A stretch of 24,000 nt of DNA from an uncultured bacterium (GCA_965233095.1 CBDDRR010000275.1:59479-83478); one strand, 5' to 3'; shown: positions 1-8,147, counted from the stretch's first letter. Numbers and translations: made by a program. Notes: generated from the letters alone by a model not told the origin.

Positions 1-826
1 TCTTCGGCACCTGCCCGGCGCCCATCCAGCCCTGCAACAGGGAGGCCGCCTCGAACGGCGCGCCGATCTGCCCGGTGAGCGTAACCAGCCGCAGCCGGTC
101 TGCGGCATCGTTGAGATAACCCAGGCGGCTGGCAATTTCCATGGCCGCCTGCGCGCGCTCCTTGTTGCCGGTCTTGAGGTACAGGGCCGCAAGTTGCAGC
201 CAGGACTCGCGCTGCGCCGGGTCTTCGCGCAGCACCTGTTCGAGCGGCCTGGCCGCCTCGGCGTACTGGCCGGCGCCAATCAGGGCGGCGATCAGGGTCA
301 TGCGCCAGCTCACGTCGGGTCGGGTCGACGCCGCGATGCCCTGCTTGAGCAGCGGAATGGCGTCCCTGAAGCGCTTGTTCTGCACGTAGGCGGCGCCCAG
401 CGCGACCAGGACTTCGGGGCTGGCATTGCCGGACTTGACGATGGATTCCAGCAGGGGAATCTGGTCCTTGATATTGCCCGTGGCCAGGGCCAGCGCCGCC
501 AGATCCTTCTTCATCATCTCCGCCGCAGGACCGGAGAGCGACTTGAGTGCGAGCGCCTCTTGCAGCAGGCGCTGGGCCTCCTTGTAATCCTTGCGCCCTG
601 CCGCGGCTCCGGCCAGTTCGCGCAGCAGCAACGCGCGCTCGTAGGGATCGGTGGTGGACTTGAGCAGCGCGGCGAGATCCACCGCCTGGGTCTGGACCGG
701 AGGCGGCGCAATCTCGTGGACCTCGCTGCGGTACTGATCGGCGTGGGCACCACTGGCGAAAAGGAGGAACAGTCCGGGCGCAAGCCGGTGGTTCAAGCCG
801 CGCCGTCGTCGCTCTCGCGACTCCAC
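1..826 (-). CDS. Secreted tetratricopeptide-repeat protein (TtpD-like last gene of a TonB2-type cluster); 3' end cut by the window edge
   Basis: Absent from the ORF track because it runs off the window. Hand translation of the minus strand is open from GTG at 826-824 down to position 2. It reads (M)ESRERRRRGLNHRLAPGLFLLFASGAHADQYRSEV (signal-peptide-like), then helical repeat text: GNIKDQIPLLESIVKSGNASPEVLVALGAAYVQNKRFRDAIPLLKQGIAAS...GQYAEAARPLEQVLREDPAQRESWLQLAALYLKTGNKERAQAAMEIASRLGY. Its position directly after tonB matches the TPR gene of TonB2 clusters. The start codon choice (GTG 826) is uncertain. Confidence 0.7.
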   Translation of the reverse strand, partial: MESRERRRRGLNHRLAPGLFLLFASGAHADQYRSEVHEIAPPPVQTQAVDLAALLKSTTDPYERALLLRELAGAAAGRKDYKEAQRLLQEALALKSLSGPAAEMMKKDLAALALATGNIKDQIPLLESIVKSGNASPEVLVALGAAYVQNKRFRDAIPLLKQGIAASTRPDVSWRMTLIAALIGAGQYAEAARPLEQVLREDPAQRESWLQLAALYLKTGNKERAQAAMEIASRLGYLNDAADRLRLVTLTGQIGAPFEAASLLQGWMGAGQVPK

Positions 827-875
827 GTCGGATTGAACCCGCCGAATTGGAACGGCGCGCGCATGCGCGTCCGGT

Positions 876-1604
876 CTAGCGCCAGTTGTACGCACAGTCT
901 TCATGATTCATCGGCACGCGCTGCTTGACCTCGGCGGCCTTGCCGGTGGGCTCGTAAATCCATTGCGAAATGCTCTCCACCGCCGCGGCCTCGAACACGC
1001 CGCGCGGATCGGCCTCGACGATCTTCACGTCCTGCACCCGGCCGTTCGGCATCACGGTGAAAATTGCTTCCACCCAGCCATTGAGCTTCTGTTTGCAGGC
1101 CCAGTCCGGCATCTGCGGCCGCGCGGTCGAGAGCGGCACCAGCGGCTTGCCCTTCCAGCCGCCCTTGCCGGTGCCGCCCAGCCCGCTGCCCGTGCCCGCC
1201 CCCCCGCGTCCACTGCCGAAGCCGCCAAAGCTGCCGACCTTGCCCAGCGCACGCCCGGTCTCGCCCAGCGCCACCGGCACCACGATGTTGCCGATCGCGC
1301 TGGGGTCCAGGGCCAGGCTCGGCACGTCCAGCGCCGGCAGATCGGGGCGGCCCATCGGCGGCGGGGCGGGGGGCGGCGGCGGCGGCGAGTTGTCCAGGGC
1401 TTCCAGCGGATTCGGCGGCTCCACCGGCGGCGGTTCGTTGCGCACGATGTCCACCGGGTCGAGCAGTCGCTCGGGGCCAAGCCCCTCGCCTTCATCCCCC
1501 CGGATGATCCAGCCCAGCACCAGGAACAGCAGCACCGTCGCGAGCAGGCCCAGCACCGGCAGCACCAGCCAGCGCGGTCCGCGGTTCTGTGCCAGGGCGT
1601 TCAT
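876..1604 (-). CDS. tonB: Energy transducer TonB (N-terminal TM anchor, Pro-rich spacer, Gly-rich insert, C-terminal TonB domain)
   Basis: 242 aa. TM segment WLVLPVLGLLATVLLFLVLGWII, proline spacer EPPPVEPPNP...SPPPPPPAPPP, and C-terminal domain text WACKQKLNGWVEAIFTVMPNGRVQDVKIVEADPRGVFEAAAVESISQWIYEP. The ATG at 1604 lies 3 nt after the exbD stop. Confidence 0.85.
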   Translation of the reverse strand: MNALAQNRGPRWLVLPVLGLLATVLLFLVLGWIIRGDEGEGLGPERLLDPVDIVRNEPPPVEPPNPLEALDNSPPPPPPAPPPMGRPDLPALDVPSLALDPSAIGNIVVPVALGETGRALGKVGSFGGFGSGRGGAGTGSGLGGTGKGGWKGKPLVPLSTARPQMPDWACKQKLNGWVEAIFTVMPNGRVQDVKIVEADPRGVFEAAAVESISQWIYEPTGKAAEVKQRVPMNHEDCAYNWR

Positions 1605-1607
1605 GCG

Positions 1608-2012
1608 CTATTTCGGTGTCGCCGCGATCGACACGTCCGGCACGCCGGCCAGCCGCGCCTGATCCATCGCTTCCACCATCAGCCCCGCACGCGCGTCCTG
1701 GTCGGCCTGGATCACGACCACGGCCTTGGGCTTGTCGCGGCGCACGCGTTCGATTTCGGTGCGCAGGCGGCGGATGTCGACGCGCTCGCGATTGATCCAG
1801 ATCTCATTGGTCGCCGAGATGGCGACGAAGATGCTGGTCTTGTCCTCCTGCTGCGCGGTCTTCGCGGCCGGCTTGTTCACGCGGATGCCGGACTCCTGCA
1901 CGAAGGCCGCAGCGATGATGAAGAAGATCAGCAGGTTCATCACGAAGTCGAGCATCGGCGCGAGGTCGATGCCGGTGTCTTCGGGAGGCGGGTTGTGGCG
2001 GCGGAATTTCAT
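1608..2012 (-). CDS. exbD: Biopolymer transport protein ExbD/TolR
   Basis: MKFRRHNPPPEDTGIDLAPMLDFVMNLLIFFII...NEIWINRERVDIRRLRTEIERV...VVVIQADQDARAGLMVEAMDQARLAGV is the typical ExbD layout. I prefer ATG at 2012 (7 nt after the exbB stop) over the TTG at 2033 used by the ORF track. Confidence 0.85.
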   Translation of the reverse strand: MKFRRHNPPPEDTGIDLAPMLDFVMNLLIFFIIAAAFVQESGIRVNKPAAKTAQQEDKTSIFVAISATNEIWINRERVDIRRLRTEIERVRRDKPKAVVVIQADQDARAGLMVEAMDQARLAGVPDVSIAATPK

Positions 2013-2019
2013 GTGCGCA

Positions 2020-2559
2020 TCAGCCCGGCGCAATCAAATCATTCAGCCGTTCCGACTCAACCCGCACCCGCGAGGCGAACAGGTTGCTGAAGAACAGCCC
2101 AATCACGCTCACCACCAGCCCGGCCATGGTCGCGATCATCGCGTGCGAGATGCCGTCGGCCATCGCGCGCGTGTCGCCGCCCTTGCTGAAGGCCATCGCG
2201 TCGAACACCTGCAGCATGCCCATCACGGTGCCGAGCAGGCCGAGCAGCGGCGCCATCGGCACCATCACTTTGATGATGGGCAGGCCGGATTCCAGGCCCA
2301 TGCGCAACTGGCTGATCAGCGCCGTGCGGATGCGGTGCGCGACCCAGGAGTGGCGCTCGCTGCGCGCGTTCCACCCGGCTAGGGTCGCGGCACGCACGCG
2401 CGGATAGATGCGCCACAGATACCAGAGGCGCTCGAACACGACGGTGAGCAGGACGGCACAGGCCGCGAGGATCCAGCGCGTCACCCAGCCGCCGGCATCG
2501 AGGAACTCGCCGAGCGTGTCGTACTGCTCCGTGAACGACTGGACGATCAGCTCAAGCAT
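2020..2559 (-). CDS. exbB: MotA/TolQ/ExbB proton-channel protein (short form)
   Basis: 179 aa with three TM segments and the conserved PLLGLLGTVMGMLQVF motif. Its start overlaps the upstream stop by 8 nt. Confidence 0.85.
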   Translation of the reverse strand: MLELIVQSFTEQYDTLGEFLDAGGWVTRWILAACAVLLTVVFERLWYLWRIYPRVRAATLAGWNARSERHSWVAHRIRTALISQLRMGLESGLPIIKVMVPMAPLLGLLGTVMGMLQVFDAMAFSKGGDTRAMADGISHAMIATMAGLVVSVIGLFFSNLFASRVRVESERLNDLIAPG

Positions 2560-3940
2560 GCTGGCGACCGCCTGCCGCTTCCAAGCGCTGCGCCAGCAGC
2601 CCGGCGGCCTGCTCGTCGAGAACCTGCGTGATGCTGCGCGAACGGGTCATCAGGAAGCTGTTCACGAACAGCAGCGGGATCGCGATGATGAGGCCCAGCA
2701 CGGTCGCGATCATCGCCTGCGAAATGCCGCCAGCCATGAGCTTGGGATCGCCCGCGCCGACTTCGGTGATGACCTGAAAGGTGATGATCATGCCGATCAC
2801 GGTGCCGAGCAGGCCCAGCAGCGGACCGGCGGCGACGATCATGCGCAGCAGTGACTGGAAGCGTTCCAGCTTCGGCGTCTCGCGCAGCACCGCCTCGGAC
2901 AGGCGGGTCTCCAGCACTTCCGGGTCCTGCGCGGCGTCGATCTTCAGGCTGGCGAGCACGCGGCCCAGCGGATTGTCCTCACGCGGCTGCGCCACGTCCC
3001 CCAACTGCCGCTGCACCCTCACACCCACCAGCAGCAGGTACCCGAACTGGTAGGCCGCGAGCACCGCGCCGATCACACCGATGGCGATGATGACGTAGCC
3101 CACCTCACCGCCCTGGTGGATGCGCTCCATCGTGGTGGGCCGCTCGGCGATCTTGCGCAGCAGGTCGCCGCGCGAGGGGTCGATCAGCACCGTATGCAGC
3201 CCCTCGCCGGCGGCGCTGAAATCCTCGGCAAGCCCGGACTGGCCATCGGGCTGGCGCGGCAGCAGGGCGAGTGCAGCGGTCTGTGCTTGCAAGCTCAGAT
3301 AGCCCTCCGCGGTCAGCGCCGTGAACTGGCCCACCCGGATCACCTCCGTCATCGATTTTTCTCCCAGGGCATCGAGCACCTCGGCCTGAAAGCGGACCAC
3401 CCGCCCGCTCTCGGCGGCCTCTTGTGCGTACAAGAACCAGAGCTGCTCCAGGTCGGCCACGCCCGGCACTTCGCCCGCCTGTGCGATGCGATCCAGAAAC
3501 TCGGCGCGATCCGGGTATTGCGCCGAAACCAGCGAGCCGGCGATCTGGCTGCGGAACTCGCCGGCGGACTGCGCGATCGCCGCATACATCTGCCCGCTGT
3601 CGCCCAGGCGCTCGGTCAGGCGCTTCTTGAGTTCGGCGATCTGGGCCTGGCCGGCCGCGAATTGCGCTTTTGCCTGATCGGCCCGCGCGCCGGCGGCAGC
3701 GCGATCCGCCTCGGCCTTGGCCAGCAGGGCGGCCTGCTCGTTCTTGTTGCGCAGGAAACGCTGCTCGCGTTCTGCGTTGAGCTTGGCGGCCTCCTGCGTC
3801 CCCTGGCGGATCTGCTTGAGCAGTTCGTCCATGCCTTTCTGCGAGGGCGAAGGCGCCTGCGCGTGCAAGGCTCCGGTGCCGGTGCCGAGCATCAACGCCG
3901 CCGCGATGAGCCCGCGCCAGAATGCGCAGTCACGCCTCAT
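2552..3940 (-). CDS. Long MotA/TolQ/ExbB-family protein with N-terminal periplasmic coiled-coil domain (TtpC-like)
   Basis: 462 aa. Signal peptide LIAAALMLGTGTGALHAQA, a long Ala/Gln/Lys/Glu-rich coiled-coil region, and a C-terminal ExbB core PLLGLLGTVIGMIITFQ...GGISQAMIATVLGLIIAIP. The start forms an ATGA overlap with the upstream DUF3450 gene. Confidence 0.8.
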   Translation of the reverse strand: MRRDCAFWRGLIAAALMLGTGTGALHAQAPSPSQKGMDELLKQIRQGTQEAAKLNAEREQRFLRNKNEQAALLAKAEADRAAAGARADQAKAQFAAGQAQIAELKKRLTERLGDSGQMYAAIAQSAGEFRSQIAGSLVSAQYPDRAEFLDRIAQAGEVPGVADLEQLWFLYAQEAAESGRVVRFQAEVLDALGEKSMTEVIRVGQFTALTAEGYLSLQAQTAALALLPRQPDGQSGLAEDFSAAGEGLHTVLIDPSRGDLLRKIAERPTTMERIHQGGEVGYVIIAIGVIGAVLAAYQFGYLLLVGVRVQRQLGDVAQPREDNPLGRVLASLKIDAAQDPEVLETRLSEAVLRETPKLERFQSLLRMIVAAGPLLGLLGTVIGMIITFQVITEVGAGDPKLMAGGISQAMIATVLGLIIAIPLLFVNSFLMTRSRSITQVLDEQAAGLLAQRLEAAGGRQHA

Positions 3941-4719
3941 GGCGCGGCTCCGGCCGCAGCGGCGGCAGCGACAGGCAACCTCAGCAGATCCGGCGCGGCC
4001 GTTTCCCGCGCCATGCGCAGGCCATGCCGCACCTGAGCGACGTGCTGATGCGGGAGTGCCTCCCAGGCGCCGCTGCTGCTGTTCCAGGTGCCCGCCTGCT
4101 TGCCATCGGCCGACAGGTAGTACAGCGCCGTGCGCCCCAGACGCAGCACATCGACGGTGCGGCCCTGGACCTCGGCGCGCTCGGTGCCGATCGAACGTCC
4201 GTACTCCGATTCGATCTGCCAGGCTTCCAGAAGGCGCTTGAACTTCTCGGCGTTGTTCGCCTCAGGATCGGACATGAGCTTCTTCAGCGTGTCCAGCCGC
4301 TCGCGGCGCTCGGTCGCCAGAAACGGCAGGTCCAGCGCGATGAATTTCTCCAGCCCCTCGACCATGCGCAGCATCAGCGGCAGCAGCTCGCGCTCGGTGC
4401 GCTCCATCTCGGTGATCTGACGCTCGATCGAGCTGCGTTCGCCCTCCTGCGCGGACACCAGTTCGCCGAGCTGCTTGGCATAGACCGTGAGTTGCTGCGC
4501 CTGCCAGCTCGCGGCGCGATAGCGCTCGAGCATGGACTTGGTCTGATCGTCGAGGCTATCGACCCTCTGCTGGGACGTTCTCGCGGCGCGGTTGCCATCG
4601 ACCACCGCGTCCAGCGCCTTGCCGGCAGCGTCCTGAGCCGGCGCGCAGGGCACGGCAACCGCCAGCGACAGGCCGAGCATCCGCGCGGCGACAGCCTTCC
4701 ACTTTGGGAATACGATCAT
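3937..4719 (-). CDS. DUF3450-family periplasmic protein (TtpB-like first gene of the TonB2 cluster)
   Basis: Signal peptide MIVFPKWKAVAARMLGLSLAVAVPCAPA, then coiled-coil text SIERQITEMERTERELLPLMLRMVEGLEKFIALDLPFLATERRERLDTLKKLMSDPEANNAEKFKRLLEAWQIESEYGRSIG, as recalled for DUF3450. I chose ATG at 4719, which has GGAGGAG about 12 nt upstream. The ORF track extends to 4761. Confidence 0.75.
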   Translation of the reverse strand: MIVFPKWKAVAARMLGLSLAVAVPCAPAQDAAGKALDAVVDGNRAARTSQQRVDSLDDQTKSMLERYRAASWQAQQLTVYAKQLGELVSAQEGERSSIERQITEMERTERELLPLMLRMVEGLEKFIALDLPFLATERRERLDTLKKLMSDPEANNAEKFKRLLEAWQIESEYGRSIGTERAEVQGRTVDVLRLGRTALYYLSADGKQAGTWNSSSGAWEALPHQHVAQVRHGLRMARETAAPDLLRLPVAAAAAAGAAP

Positions 4720-4825
4720 GTTCCAGGGGACTCCTCCCCGCCGACAAACGCGCGGTGGCAAGCCACCGCACTGATCGAAACTTCAATGCACGGATCCCTC
4801 TCAGGCCGGCTCGAAGTCTCTTTTA

Positions 4826-4852
4826 AATGTGCAGAGTGAGTATACGCACATT
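4826..4852. promoter_or_regulatory. Inverted repeat AATGTGC-N13-GCACATT upstream of the TonB2-type operon (possible regulator site)
   Basis: The plus strand reads aatgtgc agagtgagtatac gcacatt at 4826-4852, in the AT-richer gap between the DUF1302 stop and the DUF3450 start. Confidence 0.3.
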
Positions 4853-4918
4853 GCGATTTGCCTTTCCATCGCTCGCGCTTCCGCGCAGTGGAAACTGACC
4901 ACTGCCCGCGTCCGCACC

Positions 4919-7417
4919 TCAGAACTGGTACTTGACATAAAAGCCGAGGTTGTCGCGATCCTCGTAAAGGTTGTCCTTACCGCCGCCGAAGAAACTGTTG
5001 TAGGCGATAGTGAACGAGTAGGACTTCCCGTAGCGCGTTTCCAGCAGGAAGTTCAGGGTCTTGCGGCCTTCCACGAAATTGCCGGCCGGTCCCGGCGAGT
5101 TGCCACCGATGTCCTGTGACCAGATGAACAACGGCTGGATGCTGATTGAAGGGAACACCGACTCGTAGGCGATGCGCCCAACGATGCGATAGCCCCAGGA
5201 AAATGCATCGGCGAATGCACTACGCGGTGCCTGGTAAGGGTTGAAGCGCAGTCCGTCCGGACCCACCGAGCACGAGGGATTGGTCGAACAGGCTAGGCGC
5301 GATCCATCCGCACCACTGCCATCGGCGCCGGCGCTGGCGTGCGTGGTCGCCGTCAGCGGGCCTTCGATCTGCAGCTTGTCGAAATCCGGCATGTTGAGCA
5401 CATGGGTTGCCGCCAGTTCGTAGAGCAGGATCACCTGGTCCGCAGCAATCCAGTTCTCGTTCGGGCCGAGCACCTGCGTCGCTCCGAAGTTGTACTGTGC
5501 CACCTTTCCGGGAATCCAGCCGCGGATGTAGCTGTTCGGCGGATTCTCGCCTACCACACCGCCGCGGTAGGGCACGATGAAGTTGGGAAAGGAACGCGCC
5601 GAACCCGGCGCCGCGCCCACGACCAGATTGATTGCATCAGGGTAGGGGTTGTTGCCGCTGGCGTCGGTGAAGTTGTTGCCGTCGTAGACCACGTAGCTCC
5701 CCGCCTCGTTGAACCCGAGTCCCGCAGAGGCGCCCAGGCAACCCAGATTCCGGTCGTGGCAGCGGGTCAGAGTGGGACCGAAGGAGGCAAAGGCCAGATC
5801 GATCAGGGCAACCTGCAGCGGAAGTTTCGGTCGGTAGGACAGCTCGCCCTGCAGGGACAGCTCGCCAGCGGTGGTGGTGAAGCTGAACCCGAACATCTTC
5901 AGGTCTTCGGGGTATTCGAGCTGGATCTGGGCCGTGTCCAGCGGCACGGCGTCACTGATTTGCTGACCAGGCTGCGGCAGCAATAGTCCGCCCACGCCGC
6001 CCAGAATGGCTCCCAGGTCCAATGTCCCGGCGCCCAGATCAGCGAGCGCGCCCGGCCTCTGTGCCGCCAGAGTGACCAGATCGAGAGCCAGTTGCGATGA
6101 CGCCGACGGCGCGGTGACCGGTAGGTTTGGACACCCGGCCAGGAATTCGAGAGTGTTCGTGGCGTCGATGCCCCGGGAACTGCCCTCGCGACGGGCGCAA
6201 CTGGGATCGGTGGAATAGAAACTCACGTACGGCAGCTTCGAATGGTAGTTCATGAAGTAAGCCGCGAACTCGGTGCCGTTATTGAGTTCCTCGGCGTAAT
6301 ACTTCAGGCCGATGCCGTACTGGCCCTGGTCGCGGGCCTCGTTGTCGCCGCGCCGATCCAGGGTCAAGGTGGTTGGCGTGATCAGGGTGAGCGGGTTGTC
6401 CAGCGGCGCACCGACGTGATCGGGGTCGTCCGCCGCGCCACCGAACGCCGCGTTGACCGTACCGCGCAGATTGTCGGTACCGATGTCGACGAAGGACATG
6501 TAGCTGCCAGGCGTCGGAATCTCGACCGGGTCCCATTCGTACTGGTAGTAGATCTCGACGCCGACGTCGTTCACCAGTTCTGTGCTGAAGCGCGCCATGC
6601 CCACCGGGACGAAGAGCTCCTCCAGCAGACCGAAACCGAGCCGGTAAAGGCTGTTCGCGTTCACCGGCTGCGCCTGGTTGACGCTGTTGACGACCGCGAC
6701 CGTGCTCTGGCCCCAATTCACTGTCTGCCGGCCGAGCCGAAAGGTCAGTTCGCGTTCGCCGACAAAAGGCAGACTCCCGTAGAAATTGGCATCGAGCAGG
6801 TCGTATCTGAGCCCGATTTCTTGCGCCTCGTCTTCCGCCCGGTCACTGCGAACCGGAGCCCCAGGACCGTACACCCGCGGCAGGTACCGGTTGGACGTCG
6901 GGCTGCCGACAATACCCACGCTGCCAACGTTCTCGGCGGTGATCTGGTTGGGGTAGAAATTGCGGAAGTCGGAGTAGTTCGCCTGGTCGAAAATGCCAAG
7001 TCCTCGAACAAAGATGCCGTAGTCTCCGAAGCTGACGGTAAGGTCTTGCGAGAGCTTGAGCGGCGCCTGGATGATGTCGCCCTTGTTGTAGTTGAGATTG
7101 CCGTCGTCGAAGTTGATGGAGGCCATACCCGGCGCAGACGCCAGCCGTTGGGCGGGAAAGTTCTGCAGGCGGTGCAGGCCCTGGCAGGACTGGTAGGGAC
7201 CGGAACAAACCCCGGGATCGAGGTTGGACTTGCCGACCAGATCATTTGATCGACCCTCGATTCTCCACGCAGCGCCAAGCGTGAGGGTATTGTTCAACAC
7301 TGACGAAAAATCAAAGCCTCCTGCCGAGAAGTCGTACTCGACGGCGTTCGCGGCCGGCCCTGCGAGCAGCAACGCAGGAATGATTGACCAGCGACATGCA
7401 GACCTACTCCAAAACAT
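4919..7417 (-). CDS. DUF1302-like outer-membrane protein (predicted large beta-barrel), unusually long
   Basis: Signal peptide MFWSRSACRWSIIPALLLAGPAANA. The N-terminal text VEYDFSAGGFDFSSVLNNTLTLGAAWRIEGRSNDLVG and the C-terminal aromatic ending DRDNLGFYVKYQF match my memory of the DUF1302 family. Alternating beta-strand-like composition runs throughout. ATG 7417 has GGAGAG 5 nt upstream; the ORF-track start at 7435 is a TTG. Confidence 0.65.
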   Translation of the reverse strand: MFWSRSACRWSIIPALLLAGPAANAVEYDFSAGGFDFSSVLNNTLTLGAAWRIEGRSNDLVGKSNLDPGVCSGPYQSCQGLHRLQNFPAQRLASAPGMASINFDDGNLNYNKGDIIQAPLKLSQDLTVSFGDYGIFVRGLGIFDQANYSDFRNFYPNQITAENVGSVGIVGSPTSNRYLPRVYGPGAPVRSDRAEDEAQEIGLRYDLLDANFYGSLPFVGERELTFRLGRQTVNWGQSTVAVVNSVNQAQPVNANSLYRLGFGLLEELFVPVGMARFSTELVNDVGVEIYYQYEWDPVEIPTPGSYMSFVDIGTDNLRGTVNAAFGGAADDPDHVGAPLDNPLTLITPTTLTLDRRGDNEARDQGQYGIGLKYYAEELNNGTEFAAYFMNYHSKLPYVSFYSTDPSCARREGSSRGIDATNTLEFLAGCPNLPVTAPSASSQLALDLVTLAAQRPGALADLGAGTLDLGAILGGVGGLLLPQPGQQISDAVPLDTAQIQLEYPEDLKMFGFSFTTTAGELSLQGELSYRPKLPLQVALIDLAFASFGPTLTRCHDRNLGCLGASAGLGFNEAGSYVVYDGNNFTDASGNNPYPDAINLVVGAAPGSARSFPNFIVPYRGGVVGENPPNSYIRGWIPGKVAQYNFGATQVLGPNENWIAADQVILLYELAATHVLNMPDFDKLQIEGPLTATTHASAGADGSGADGSRLACSTNPSCSVGPDGLRFNPYQAPRSAFADAFSWGYRIVGRIAYESVFPSISIQPLFIWSQDIGGNSPGPAGNFVEGRKTLNFLLETRYGKSYSFTIAYNSFFGGGKDNLYEDRDNLGFYVKYQF

Positions 7418-7640
7418 CCTTACTCTCCATACCAAATGTTTGTTAGAACAACATCATACCGGGAATAGATTGGATTGATGCCAGTTCGGACCGGCGGGCG
7501 AAGCGCCCCGACCAGCGGGTGCCTGCCTCGTGGACGCGCTCGGGCGGTGGACGCCGTGCGCAAGCGATCAGCGTCGACCTGCGAAGCGTCGGACGCGCAG
7601 GCGCGCGACAGGATTCTCCTGCCGCCGTTCCCTTCCTACT

Positions 7641-8147
7641 TCACTTTCCAGGACTGATCGCGCCCTCGACGATCACCTTGACCGTCTGCATGCTCGAATC
7701 GATGGTCCGGTGCATGCCATCCGACCAATACACCCGCAGGCTGCGCTCGCCCGCGCTGACCGGCAGGTCGAACACGAACACGTAACGGTTTCCACCGAGC
7801 CGGATGAGCTGGTTCTCACTCGGCATCAGGGAAATACCGTCCGTTTCGATATGCAGATGAGTACCCACCACCGGCGCGCTCATGGTCAGCCGTGCCATTT
7901 CGCCGGGCGTTTCGAACACCACGGCGAGCTGCGTCCCGACCTTGGCGCCGGTCTCGGGAAACAGGATGCGCAGCGGTGGAACCTCGGTGGCACCCTTGCC
8001 CGCCGCGCCATCGGCCGGGTGTTGTCCGTGCCCTTGGTGATGGTGATGCTGATGGTGATCGTGCGCCGCGTCGCCGCCTGCCCGCGTGCCAAGCGATACG
8101 CTGCTGGCGAGCAGCGCGAGAATAAAAAGAGCGGGGGATCGTTGCAT
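7641..8147 (-). CDS. Secreted DUF4399-like protein with N-terminal poly-histidine tract (putative periplasmic metal/copper-binding protein)
   Basis: Signal peptide MQRSPALFILALLASSVSLG, then HDHHQHHHHQGHGQH. The following domain LRILFPETGAKVGTQLAVVFE...VVGTHLHIETDG...LGGNRYVFVFDLPVSAGERSLRVYWSDGMH resembles the DUF4399 G-H-H-H-L-x-x-D pattern. AGGAGA lies 6 nt upstream of the ATG, and the gene starts 18 nt after the copD-fusion stop. Confidence 0.6.
   Translation of the reverse strand: MQRSPALFILALLASSVSLGTRAGGDAAHDHHQHHHHQGHGQHPADGAAGKGATEVPPLRILFPETGAKVGTQLAVVFETPGEMARLTMSAPVVGTHLHIETDGISLMPSENQLIRLGGNRYVFVFDLPVSAGERSLRVYWSDGMHRTIDSSMQTVKVIVEGAISPGK

Noticed and set aside
903-2090. 395-aa plus-strand ORF (also 194..928 and 970..1662) overlapping the TPR, tonB and exbD genes
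   Set aside because: The translations are Arg/Ala/Gly/Pro/His-rich low-complexity text with no recognisable motifs. They lie antisense to genes with clear family signatures. These are typical open antisense frames of GC-rich DNA.
4826-4852. Reading the AATGTGC-N13-GCACATT repeat as a CRP/FNR-type or Fur box
   Set aside because: CRP/FNR sites have TGTGA-N6-TCACA spacing, and Fur boxes are AT-rich 19-mers of the GATAATGATAATCATTATC type. Neither spacing nor sequence fits, so it is reported only as an unassigned inverted repeat.
4885-4905. Hairpin gcagtgg-aaactga-ccactgc just after the DUF1302 stop, as an intrinsic terminator
   Set aside because: It has only a 7-bp stem with flanking mismatches and no U-tract on the transcribed strand. 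That is too weak to call, so read-through into the TonB2 operon remains possible.
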